Shown here one piece after another: positions 20,573 through 28,764 of a stretch of 64,000 nt of DNA (position 1 is its first letter; every line of letters starts with the position of its first letter). The position numbers and the translations under genes are program-made. Source of the stretch: an uncultured Muribaculaceae bacterium (GTDB taxonomy: Bacteria > Bacteroidota > Bacteroidia > Bacteroidales > UBA932); NCBI GenBank assembly GCA_964369605.1, contig CAYJFD010000004.1, positions 2,027 through 66,026 on the forward strand, given 5' to 3'. A model generated the notes under the pieces. It worked only from the letters and a program-made list of their open reading frames with translations, made no database searches and was not told the DNA's origin.

Positions 20573-20603
20573 ATTTTTAACATTAATAATAAATAATACA
20601 ATT

Positions 20604-20825
20604 ATGGCAGTACGCGGAGCAATAGTAGTAGATACTGAAAAATGCAAAGGATGTTCAGTTTGCATTTCAAACTGTCCTACTAAGACAATAGGCTTGTCTA
20701 ATGAAGTGAACAGTAAAGGTTATAATTTTGTAATCATGACTGACCCTGAATCTTGTACAGGTTGCACAAACTGTGCAATAGTATGTCCTGATACAGTAAT
20801 TACAGTTTATCGTACAAAGATTTAA
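20604..20825 (+). CDS. 2-oxoacid:ferredoxin oxidoreductase delta subunit (2x[4Fe-4S] ferredoxin)
   Basis: CKGCSVCISNCP and CTGCTNCAIVCP motifs. Start set at ATG 20604 (MAVRGAIVVD). Confidence 0.85.
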   Translation: MAVRGAIVVDTEKCKGCSVCISNCPTKTIGLSNEVNSKGYNFVIMTDPESCTGCTNCAIVCPDTVITVYRTKI

Positions 20826-20841
20826 TAAAAAACAAAGAAAT

Positions 20842-21921
20842 ATGGCAGAAAAAATTCTAATGAAGGGTAATGAGGCCATCGCATTCGGAGCTATTGACTG
20901 TGGATGTGACGGATACTTCGGATACCCTATTACGCCTCAATCGGAAGTGATGGAGACGTTAATGGTTGAAAAACCATGGGAAACTACAGGTATGGTAGTA
21001 CTTCAAGCTGAAAGTGAGACTTCATCTATAAATATGGTATATGGTGGTGCCGCTTGCGGTAAAAAAGTAATGACTTCTTCTTCAAGTCCTGGAGTGAGTC
21101 TTATGTGTGAGGGTTTAACTTACCTTGCTGGTGCTGAACTACCTTGTGTTATCGTTAACATTATGCGTGGTGGTCCTGGTCTAGGTACTATCCAACCAAG
21201 CCAGGCTGACTATTTTCAGGCAGTTAAAGGTGGTGGACACGGAGACTACAAGATGATTGTACTAGCTCCTGCTTCAGCGCAAGATATGTATGACTTCGTT
21301 GGCGAAGCCTTCGACTTAGCTTTCAAATATCGTAACCCAGCTATGATTCTTGGTGACGGTGTTATCGGTCAGATGATGGAAGCAGTTGAAACACACGCTC
21401 CTATAGCTAGATGGTCTACTGAGCAAGTTAAGGAACTTACTGACTCATGGGCTACTACAGGTAAAGGTGAGCACAGAAAAGGTAACACTATTACTTCTCT
21501 TTCTTTAGAGGCTGACGTTCAGGAAAGATTCAACATCAAACTTCAAAAGAAATATGCTGAAATCGAAGAGAACGAAGTAAGATATTCTACATACAAAGCA
21601 GATGATGCTGAGCACCTAATCGTAGCTTACGGTTGTATGTCTCGTATCGCTGAGAACGTTGTAGACATCGCTCGTGAGAATGGAGTTAAATTAGGACTTC
21701 TTCGTCCAATCACTCTTTTCCCTTTCCCTAACAAGCAAATCGACGCTCTAGTTCCACAACTAAAATCTATGATGTCAGTTGAGCTTAGTGCAGGTCAGAT
21801 GGTTGAAGATGTTAGACTTGTTGCAAATGGTAGAGTTCCTGTAAGTTTCTACGGTCGCCAAGGTGGTAATATCCCTTCTCCAGAAGAAGTTTATGAAGCA
21901 TTTATTAAAACAATCAAATAA
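20842..21921 (+). CDS. 2-oxoacid:ferredoxin oxidoreductase alpha subunit (KorA/VorB-type)
   Basis: GNEAIAFGAI..GYPITPQSE N-terminus is typical of the OFOR alpha subunit. Gene sits in a 4-gene operon context. Confidence 0.9.
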   Translation: MAEKILMKGNEAIAFGAIDCGCDGYFGYPITPQSEVMETLMVEKPWETTGMVVLQAESETSSINMVYGGAACGKKVMTSSSSPGVSLMCEGLTYLAGAELPCVIVNIMRGGPGLGTIQPSQADYFQAVKGGGHGDYKMIVLAPASAQDMYDFVGEAFDLAFKYRNPAMILGDGVIGQMMEAVETHAPIARWSTEQVKELTDSWATTGKGEHRKGNTITSLSLEADVQERFNIKLQKKYAEIEENEVRYSTYKADDAEHLIVAYGCMSRIAENVVDIARENGVKLGLLRPITLFPFPNKQIDALVPQLKSMMSVELSAGQMVEDVRLVANGRVPVSFYGRQGGNIPSPEEVYEAFIKTIK

Positions 21922-21930
21922 TCAGGCAAA

Positions 21931-22692
21931 ATGGATATAAAAGATATAATTAAACCTGAAAATAAGGTTTACGGAAAAACACCTGTACTTACTGATAATG
22001 TACTACATTACTGTCCTGGTTGTTCTCATGGTACAGTACATAAATTAATAGCAGAAGTTATAGAGGAAATGAATATTCAAGAAGAGACTATCGGAGTTTC
22101 TCCTGTAGGATGTTCTGTATTTGCATATAACTACCTAGATATCGACTGGCAACAAGCTGCTCACGGACGTGCTCCAGCACTAGCTACAGCTATAAAAAGA
22201 CTTATGCCAGAGAAATATGTATTTACTTACCAAGGTGACGGAGATATGGCTTCTATCGGTACAGCTGAAATTCTTCACGCTTGTGCAAGAGGTGAGAATA
22301 TCGTTGTATTCTTTATCAACAACGCTATCTACGGTATGACTGGAGGTCAAATGGCCCCTACTACTCTTATCGGTCAGGTAACTTCAACTTCTCCTTATGG
22401 TAGAGTTCCTGAGCTTAACGGATATCCTATGAGGATTTCTGAAATGTTAGCTCAGCTTGAGGGTACTTGTTACATCACTCGCCAAACAGTTTTAACTCCT
22501 GGTGATGTTCGTAAGACTAAGAAAGCGATTCGCAAGGCTTTCGAGAATTCAGCTCAGAAGAAAGGTACATCTCTTGTTGAGATCGTATGTAACTGTAACT
22601 CTGGTTGGAAACTTTCTCCAGTTAATGCTTATGAGTGGTTAAAAGAAAATATGCTTCCTTTCTATCCACTTGGTGATATTAAAGATAGGTAG
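21931..22692 (+). CDS. 2-oxoacid:ferredoxin oxidoreductase beta subunit (TPP-binding)
   Basis: CPGCSHG plus the TPP motif GDGDMASIG...NNAIYGMTGGQ. Confidence 0.9.
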   Translation: MDIKDIIKPENKVYGKTPVLTDNVLHYCPGCSHGTVHKLIAEVIEEMNIQEETIGVSPVGCSVFAYNYLDIDWQQAAHGRAPALATAIKRLMPEKYVFTYQGDGDMASIGTAEILHACARGENIVVFFINNAIYGMTGGQMAPTTLIGQVTSTSPYGRVPELNGYPMRISEMLAQLEGTCYITRQTVLTPGDVRKTKKAIRKAFENSAQKKGTSLVEIVCNCNSGWKLSPVNAYEWLKENMLPFYPLGDIKDR

Positions 22693-22716
22693 TAGTAAAT
22701 AATTAATAGTAAAAAT

Positions 22717-23271
22717 ATGAAAGAAGAAATAATTATAGCAGGTTTTGGTGGACAAGGAGTCCTTTCTATGGGAAAAATCCTTGCATACTCAGGAATAATG
22801 CAAGATAAAGAAGTTACTTGGATGCCATCTTACGGTCCAGAGATGCGTGGTGGTACAGCTAACGTTTCTGTTATTCTTAGTGATACGAAGATTAGTTCTC
22901 CTATATTAAGTAAGTTTGATTCTGCAATTATACTAAATCAGCAGTCACTTGACAAATTCGAGGAAGCAGTTAAGCCAGGTGGAGTTTTAATCTATGATCC
23001 AAATGGTATTATTCGCCATCCAGAGAGAAAAGATATCAATATCTATAAAATAGCAGCCGTTGAAGGAGCAGCTACTTTAGGAAATGCAAAAGCATACAAT
23101 ATGATCGTTTTTGGCTCATACCTAAAAGTTAAGCCTATCGTATCTATGGATAATGTTATCGCAGGTTTAAAGAAATCTCTTCCACCTCGTCATCACAAGT
23201 TAATCCCTATGAATGAACAAGCTATTTCATTAGGAATGGAATTAATCGAGGTCGTTAACGAAGTTAAGTAA
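22717..23271 (+). CDS. 2-oxoacid:ferredoxin oxidoreductase gamma subunit
   Basis: IAGFGGQGVLSMGKILA N-terminus and SYGPEMRGG motif. Confidence 0.9.
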   Translation: MKEEIIIAGFGGQGVLSMGKILAYSGIMQDKEVTWMPSYGPEMRGGTANVSVILSDTKISSPILSKFDSAIILNQQSLDKFEEAVKPGGVLIYDPNGIIRHPERKDINIYKIAAVEGAATLGNAKAYNMIVFGSYLKVKPIVSMDNVIAGLKKSLPPRHHKLIPMNEQAISLGMELIEVVNEVK

Positions 23272-23292
23272 TAACACAAATATAATCTAACT

Positions 23293-23338
23293 ACGCTGTC
23301 TAAAACATAAACTTAATGGATTTAGGCAGCGTTTTTTT
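23293..23338 (+). terminator. intrinsic terminator after the oxidoreductase operon
   Basis: 12-bp stem acgctgtctaaa (23293-23304) / tttaggcagcgt (23321-23332) with one G-U pair. The T7 run (23332-23338) overlaps the last stem base. Confidence 0.7.
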
Positions 23339-23341
23339 ACC

Positions 23342-23713
23342 ATGAAAGAAGGATTAACCCATACCAGTACTACGACCGTAGACAATACAAATGTCGCATC
23401 TGCTGTCGCATCAGGCACACTTGAAGTATTTTCAACACCTGCTATGATAGCACTAATGGAAAAAGCAGCATACTTGGCTGTAGAGAACTCTATTTCCGAT
23501 GAAGAATCAACTGTTGGAACAGATCTAAATATTAAGCACTTAAAGGCATCACCTATCGGTGAAGCAATATCTGCTAAAGCAACTTTAGTAAAAATAGAAG
23601 GCAGAGCATTAACCTTTGAGGTTGAAGCCCACGATTCAAAAGGGAAAATAGGTGAAGGAATGCATACTAGATATATTGTCAATATCGAAAAGTTCCTCTC
23701 AAAGATTCAATAA
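23342..23713 (+). CDS. hotdog-fold thioesterase family protein
   Basis: Size and VASGTLEVFSTPAMIALMEKAA.. match the pattern of small acyl-CoA thioesterases (FlK/YiiD_C-like), judged by eye. Confidence 0.65.
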   Translation: MKEGLTHTSTTTVDNTNVASAVASGTLEVFSTPAMIALMEKAAYLAVENSISDEESTVGTDLNIKHLKASPIGEAISAKATLVKIEGRALTFEVEAHDSKGKIGEGMHTRYIVNIEKFLSKIQ

Positions 23714-23719
23714 CTATAG

Positions 23720-23764
23720 AATAATCCCTTTATGAGAATTACTCTGAAGGGATTATTTTAGTTT
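23720..23764 (+). terminator. intrinsic terminator after the thioesterase gene
   Basis: 11-bp stem aataatccctt (23720-23730) / aagggattatt (23747-23757) followed by a T-rich tail. The 3' arm overlaps the stop codon of the convergent MATE gene. Confidence 0.6.
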
Positions 23765-25111
23765 TCGTTTCATACTAGCGACCCTAAGTCGCATCATTAT
23801 TCCAGTTAAAGTCAAACCAGCTGGATATCCAACCCACACTCCTATCAAGCCTAAATCAAAGACAAAACCACAGATATAGCTTAATGGCAATGCTATAATA
23901 AAATAACCTACGAAGGAGATTAAAGCCATAGCCTTTACATCCGACATCCCCCTAAGTGCATTAGCATAAGTTATCTGCAGTGCATCTCCAAATTGATACA
24001 ATATCAACATACCTACTAGTCCTGTAACTGTCTTTATTACCTCCAAATCTGATGTAAAAAAAGTAGCTACCTGATTCTTTAACAGATAGTATGCAGTAGA
24101 GGTGACCAAGGCCGCACATATAATTATATGAAAACCTGCTCTAATTACCCTTTTCATAGATAGGTAATCTTCACGACCACAGTAATTACTTACCTTTATA
24201 GATAGTGCCGCTCCTAGACCATAATATATCATAAATCCAAATGTGGAAATCGTAGTCAATACTTGTTGAGCAGCTAACTCGACCTTACCTATCCACCCTA
24301 TCATTACCACCGAGATACTAAATAAGGCCGTTTCCATACCCATTTGAAGTGCTACCATTATTCCCATATCAAAGAGCCTCTTTATAGTATTGAAACTAAT
24401 TTTCGCCTTAGAAAAGGCTATCCTATAAACTTTATAAACATCTGTTCTAAAGAATACGAATAAAAAAGCTATAACAGTGAAAACTCTAGCTGCAAATGTT
24501 GAGATACCTGCACCTATGACTCCCATTGCAGGTATGCCTGCAAAGCCATAAATAAATATAAAGTTTCCTAGTATATTTATAAGATTTGAAATCAACATAA
24601 TATACATAGGTGTCTTTGTATCATTTACTCCATCTGAGAACTGCTTGAATGAGTTAAATACCATAATAAATGGCAATGAAAAAAGATGGAGTAAGTAATA
24701 GCCCTTAATCAAGGGTAATAATTCTGTTGGAGGATTGAGTTTATCGACATAAAACCAAAGAGCCCCCATAGCTATAAACATTATGATTCCGATGGAGAAG
24801 TTCGTTAATATACTATTCTTTAGTAGCTCTCCTGCCCTATCACTCTCATTTCTACCGAAGGTTTGCCCCACAAGTGGTGTCAGTCCATAGGCAAAGCCTA
24901 GTCCGAAGAAAATTGAAATATTAAAAATACTTAAAACAAAAGAGGCAGTGGCTAAATCAGGGGTAGCATACCTTCCTACCATTACATTATCAACGACTCC
25001 AACCAGTATTATTCCAAGCTGTCCTACAACTATAGGTATTCCTAATTTTAAAATATCACGATAATGTGATTTCAAGCTATTAATATTTTTTAAATCCTTC
25101 ACTTTCTCCAA
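23753..25111 (-). CDS. MATE-family efflux transporter
   Basis: About 450 aa, 12 hydrophobic segments, MATE-like N-terminus (ILKLGIPIVVGQL). Confidence 0.9.
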   Translation of the reverse strand: MEKVKDLKNINSLKSHYRDILKLGIPIVVGQLGIILVGVVDNVMVGRYATPDLATASFVLSIFNISIFFGLGFAYGLTPLVGQTFGRNESDRAGELLKNSILTNFSIGIIMFIAMGALWFYVDKLNPPTELLPLIKGYYLLHLFSLPFIMVFNSFKQFSDGVNDTKTPMYIMLISNLINILGNFIFIYGFAGIPAMGVIGAGISTFAARVFTVIAFLFVFFRTDVYKVYRIAFSKAKISFNTIKRLFDMGIMVALQMGMETALFSISVVMIGWIGKVELAAQQVLTTISTFGFMIYYGLGAALSIKVSNYCGREDYLSMKRVIRAGFHIIICAALVTSTAYYLLKNQVATFFTSDLEVIKTVTGLVGMLILYQFGDALQITYANALRGMSDVKAMALISFVGYFIIALPLSYICGFVFDLGLIGVWVGYPAGLTLTGIMMRLRVASMKRKLK

Positions 25112-25176
25112 TACATTATATACAGAAAGGCTATCTTATAGACAGCCTTTGATGTATTCATAAATATTATTTTTAT

Positions 25177-26718
25177 TTATTTTGCGATAGATACAGAGCG
25201 AGTTTCTCTAATTACAGTGATTTTAACCTGTCCAGGGTAAACCATCTCCTCTTGAATCTTTCTTGCTATATCACTTGATAGTAATTCTGCATCTGCATCT
25301 GTTACTTGTTCTGCACCTACTATTACTCTAAGCTCACGTCCTGCTTGGATAGCATAAGTCTTAACTACTCCGTGATGAGATAAAGCTATATTTTCCATAT
25401 CCTTTAACCTCTTGATATAAGACTCTATTACTTCTCGTCTTGCACCTGGTCTTGCACTAGATATAGCATCCCCCACTAATACTAGAGGTGAAATTAATGA
25501 ATTCATCTCTATCTCTTCGTGGTGAGCCCCGATAGCATTACATACCTCTGGCTTCTCCTTATACCTTTCAGCTAACTTCATACCTAGGATTGCGTGTGGT
25601 AACTCTGTCTCTTCCTCAGAAACCTTTCCGATGTCGTGAAGTAAACCTGCTCTCTTTGCGACCTTTGGATTAAGTCCTAGCTCAGATGCCATAATAGCAC
25701 AAATATTTGCTACCTCTCGCGAGTGTTGTAATAAGTTTTGTCCGTATGAAGAACGGTACTTCATTCTACCTATTAACTTAATTAACTCTAAATTCATTCC
25801 GTGAATTCCTAAGTCAATACAAGTTCTCTTTCCTGTTTCTAGTATCTCCTCATCAAGTTGTTTTTGAACCTTTGCTACGACCTCTTCAATACGGGCTGGG
25901 TGAATACGACCATCCGTGATTAATTGGTGAAGGGCTAATCTAGCTACCTCGCGACGTACAGGATCGAAAGCAGAAAGTAATATCGCCTCTGGAGTATCAT
26001 CTACTACGATCTCTACACCAGTTGCTGCTTCTAGAGCTCTAATATTACGGCCTTCCCTTCCTATTATTCGTCCTTTTACTTCGTCATTATCGATATTAAA
26101 TACTGTTACTGAATTTTCGATCGCTGTTTCAGGTGCTGTTCTCTGAATAGTACTGATCACTATTCTTTTGGCTTCCTTGCTTGCATTTAATCTAGCCTCG
26201 TCCATTACATCATTAATATAAGACATAGCTTGAGTTCTTGCCTCTGCCTTCATACTTTCAACTAACTGCTCCTTTGCTTGATCTGCCGTCATTCCAGCGA
26301 TATTCTCAATCTTTGTTATCGCTTCTTCTCTTAGCTTGTCATACTCAGATGACTTTGTATTTAACAGTTCTAACTGTTGCTTAAGATTCTCCTTAATACT
26401 ATCATTCTCTTTTTGCTTTTTAACTAGCTCTGAATTTTGCTGGTTAATCTGCATTTCTTTTTGCTTCAACTTGTTTTCTGCTTGTTGAATTTGAGAATTC
26501 TTATCCGAAATATATTGTTCATGCTCAGACTTAAGTTGTAAAAATTTCTCTTTTGCTTGAAAAATCTTATCTTTTTTTATGCTTTCGCCTTCTTTCTTCG
26601 CATTTTCAATAATTTGTAATCCCTTGTTCTTCCCCGTTACCTTAGCAAATTGAGTGTATGCTATAATAGTAACGAAAGATGTTATGGCTACGATGCCAAT
26701 GTAAATATATATCTCCAT
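25177..26718 (-). CDS. rny: ribonuclease Y
   Basis: N-terminal TM helix, long coiled coil, KH domain ([15 protein letters not shown]) and HD domain (LLHDIGK). Confidence 0.95.
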   Translation of the reverse strand: MEIYIYIGIVAITSFVTIIAYTQFAKVTGKNKGLQIIENAKKEGESIKKDKIFQAKEKFLQLKSEHEQYISDKNSQIQQAENKLKQKEMQINQQNSELVKKQKENDSIKENLKQQLELLNTKSSEYDKLREEAITKIENIAGMTADQAKEQLVESMKAEARTQAMSYINDVMDEARLNASKEAKRIVISTIQRTAPETAIENSVTVFNIDNDEVKGRIIGREGRNIRALEAATGVEIVVDDTPEAILLSAFDPVRREVARLALHQLITDGRIHPARIEEVVAKVQKQLDEEILETGKRTCIDLGIHGMNLELIKLIGRMKYRSSYGQNLLQHSREVANICAIMASELGLNPKVAKRAGLLHDIGKVSEEETELPHAILGMKLAERYKEKPEVCNAIGAHHEEIEMNSLISPLVLVGDAISSARPGARREVIESYIKRLKDMENIALSHHGVVKTYAIQAGRELRVIVGAEQVTDADAELLSSDIARKIQEEMVYPGQVKITVIRETRSVSIAK

Positions 26719-26769
26719 ATTCGTTAAATAAATTTGTTAAGTAAATTAGGAATTTAACAATAATAGAAA

Positions 26770-26960
26770 AGCCACCAAGTTCTGTTTATCATAAATCTTA
26801 AATAATAAGATTTGAGTTCCGATTGTGGAATCAAACTTCCAACGTCCCATAAATGGAATCCTTTCACTATTTCAGAAAGTCACCTAGGCCTGTCTTCATC
26901 CTTCGAGTATTCTCTTTTTAATTTTTAGTGTTGATTTAAGCAAAGAGTAACTTGATGGCT
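26770..26960 (-). ncRNA. ssrS: candidate structured RNA, 6S (SsrS)-like
   Basis: About 25 bp of long-range pairing between 26960-26933 and 26797-26770 on the minus-strand transcript, including G-U pairs that would be mismatches on the plus strand. About 191 nt total. Located directly downstream of zapA. No covariance model was run. Confidence 0.5.
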
Positions 26961-26966
26961 AAGATT

Positions 26967-27263
26967 TTAATTTGTATCTAAATAAGCAGCTAATTGGCTG
27001 TCGAGATCTTGTATCTGCCTAACGAGAGTGTTTAATTCTTCGTTTTTGCTAAGCTTCTTTAAATGCACATTAGCTGTGAATGCTATTATTGACAACGCAT
27101 CTACTGTTGTGCAACCTTGATACTTCTTTTTTGTCTCTAATATTCCATCATTAACCTCTTGCGCTGCCATTCTCAGAATAACTTCTTCATCAGATGTCGC
27201 ATTAAAATTATAGGTTTTATCACCTATTTTAATACTTATTTTATGTAGCTTAGTATCTTCCAT
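26967..27263 (-). CDS. zapA: cell division protein ZapA
   Basis: 98 aa. Pattern ISIKIGDKTYNF..EEVILRMAAQEVN is typical of ZapA. C-terminal coiled coil. Confidence 0.8.
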   Translation of the reverse strand: MEDTKLHKISIKIGDKTYNFNATSDEEVILRMAAQEVNDGILETKKKYQGCTTVDALSIIAFTANVHLKKLSKNEELNTLVRQIQDLDSQLAAYLDTN

Positions 27264-27264
27264 A

Positions 27265-27555
27265 TTATTCGTTGAGCAGTGCGATACACTTATCTATCTC
27301 TTTTACCAATTTTGCTATCTTTCTTTTGGCCTCATTCGTATTACCGTCATCAGCATGCTTAAAGGCCGCAGCAAATTGTAAATTATCTATTTTTTGTTGT
27401 AGTTCCTTAATTTTATTATTATTAATCTCTATCGTTTGTTTATAAGTAGCTACTTCATTTGCAAGTTTTGAATTATCTACACGTAAAGTTTCATATCTTC
27501 CCATCAAGATTTCAATCTTACGCTTCAAACTCATTATTACATTTTCAGTACTCAT
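27265..27555 (-). CDS. 96-aa coiled-coil protein (ZapB-like candidate)
   Basis: Heptad-rich sequence throughout. The stop is separated from the zapA start by 1 nt. Confidence 0.6.
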   Translation of the reverse strand: MSTENVIMSLKRKIEILMGRYETLRVDNSKLANEVATYKQTIEINNNKIKELQQKIDNLQFAAAFKHADDGNTNEAKRKIAKLVKEIDKCIALLNE

Positions 27556-27581
27556 TTGTTTAATTTTTACTTATAACCTCG

Positions 27582-27613
27582 CAAAGTTAATAAAGAGTTT
27601 TTATTTTGGCAAA
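27582..27613 (-). promoter_or_regulatory. candidate sigma-A promoter for the coiled-coil/zapA (and downstream) transcript
   Basis: Minus strand: -33 TTTG (27613-27610), 20-nt spacer, -7 TAACTTTG (27589-27582). Matches the Bacteroides TTTG/TAnnTTTG consensus. Confidence 0.55.
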
Positions 27614-27621
27614 AGAATAAT

Positions 27622-28698
27622 CTAATTCTTTTCAAAGAGCCTAGTAATCATATTATTGTTTATATCCACTTTAAGTGTTGCTTTTTGTTGCCAGCCCATA
27701 TTACCATGCCCATCGCGATGAAACACCATACTCAATGAGAAATCTACAACTCCTCGATTAAATACGTTCCAATACATTTCAAAACGATTATACATACCTG
27801 ATTCGGTAGCAAAAAACCTTTCTCCACTATATAATAAACTTCCATAAATATCTCCATTTGCATCTTCAAAATCATAAAATGGCATAATATTATCACCTAT
27901 AAATAGAGTATTTTTTAAACCTAGGCCATAATACTCAACTTTGAAATCGTAAATTACGCCACGTGGGTTTACATATCCATTTCCATCTATTCTGTTATTT
28001 TGATAACTACTCAACCATCCTATGCGAAATTCTAAATCGACATCACTAGTATACTTTGCAAAATCGATTCCTATATAAGGATATATTAATATATTATCCA
28101 CTACTCCGCCTACCTCTTTACTTGCAGCTAAATGAAGCATATTAAAATTATATCCAAATACAAGAAAGGCAGGATCAAACTCCATAGAAGAAGTTATTCT
28201 AAACCTTTCCCTAACCTCTGGTTCATAACTACTAACCTTTCCTAACCAATCAAAGATCAACTCTGCTCTCATGATATGATTAGCCTTTGCTAAATGAAAA
28301 CCTTGGATTAATTGGGTATTATAATAGTGGTCGCTTCCAAAAATTGCAGAAATATAATTACCTTGAACCACTTCAAAAGGTATTACACCCGCATTCAATG
28401 TTGTATTATGATCATTAAAGGAATAGTAAAATATTTGATCTATATGATAGTCATTTCTATAGCTTCCAAACTCCCTTTTATAAACTCCTCCAAAATGTAA
28501 AGAGTGCTCTTCAAAGGACAGGCCTATGGTTCCAGAGAGCACATTCCCAAAAAGGGTTTGAGATGGTGCTATTCCTATACCTGAATACTCTTGATTGTCG
28601 AATCTAACATCATAGTCTATATCATAAATTATTTGTTGAGAAAATACAGAAGAACTTAATGTAGCAAGGGCTACAAGTAATAATAATCTTTTTAGCAT
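27622..28698 (-). CDS. secreted, probably outer-membrane, protein of unknown function
   Basis: Signal peptide MLKRLLLLVALATLSSSVFSQ. Aromatic/Gly/Asn-rich alternating sequence suggests a beta-barrel. Confidence 0.55.
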   Translation of the reverse strand: MLKRLLLLVALATLSSSVFSQQIIYDIDYDVRFDNQEYSGIGIAPSQTLFGNVLSGTIGLSFEEHSLHFGGVYKREFGSYRNDYHIDQIFYYSFNDHNTTLNAGVIPFEVVQGNYISAIFGSDHYYNTQLIQGFHLAKANHIMRAELIFDWLGKVSSYEPEVRERFRITSSMEFDPAFLVFGYNFNMLHLAASKEVGGVVDNILIYPYIGIDFAKYTSDVDLEFRIGWLSSYQNNRIDGNGYVNPRGVIYDFKVEYYGLGLKNTLFIGDNIMPFYDFEDANGDIYGSLLYSGERFFATESGMYNRFEMYWNVFNRGVVDFSLSMVFHRDGHGNMGWQQKATLKVDINNNMITRLFEKN

Positions 28699-28764
28699 AG
28701 TTGTAAATTTCCTGCTAAATTAGTTATTTTTATTTATCTTTGAGTATAATTTAAAACTAAAAAA

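Noticed and set aside
20374-20601. 75-aa minus-strand ORF in the synthetase-OFOR spacer.
   Set aside because: It overlaps the 3' end of the synthetase gene, is low-complexity, and runs against a uniformly plus-strand operon. The plus-strand 45-codon ORF explains the spacer better.
23287-23682. 131-aa ORF fully antisense to the thioesterase gene.
   Set aside because: It lies entirely within a better-supported gene on the other strand, has a low-complexity Ser/Ala/Val-rich translation and no start context. This is a typical shadow ORF.
25126-25150. 7-bp hairpin aaaggct/agccttt between the rny stop and the MATE gene start as an rny terminator.
   Set aside because: The stem is short and there is no U-rich tail on the minus strand. 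The evidence is too weak to call.
26771-26902. Apparent direct repeat gccaccaagttctgtttatc (26771-26790) versus gtcacctaggcctgtcttcatc (26879-26900) in the zapA-rny spacer.
   Set aside because: The similarity is imperfect and gapped. The first copy is better explained as the 3' arm of the long closing helix. I could not assign a role to the second copy.
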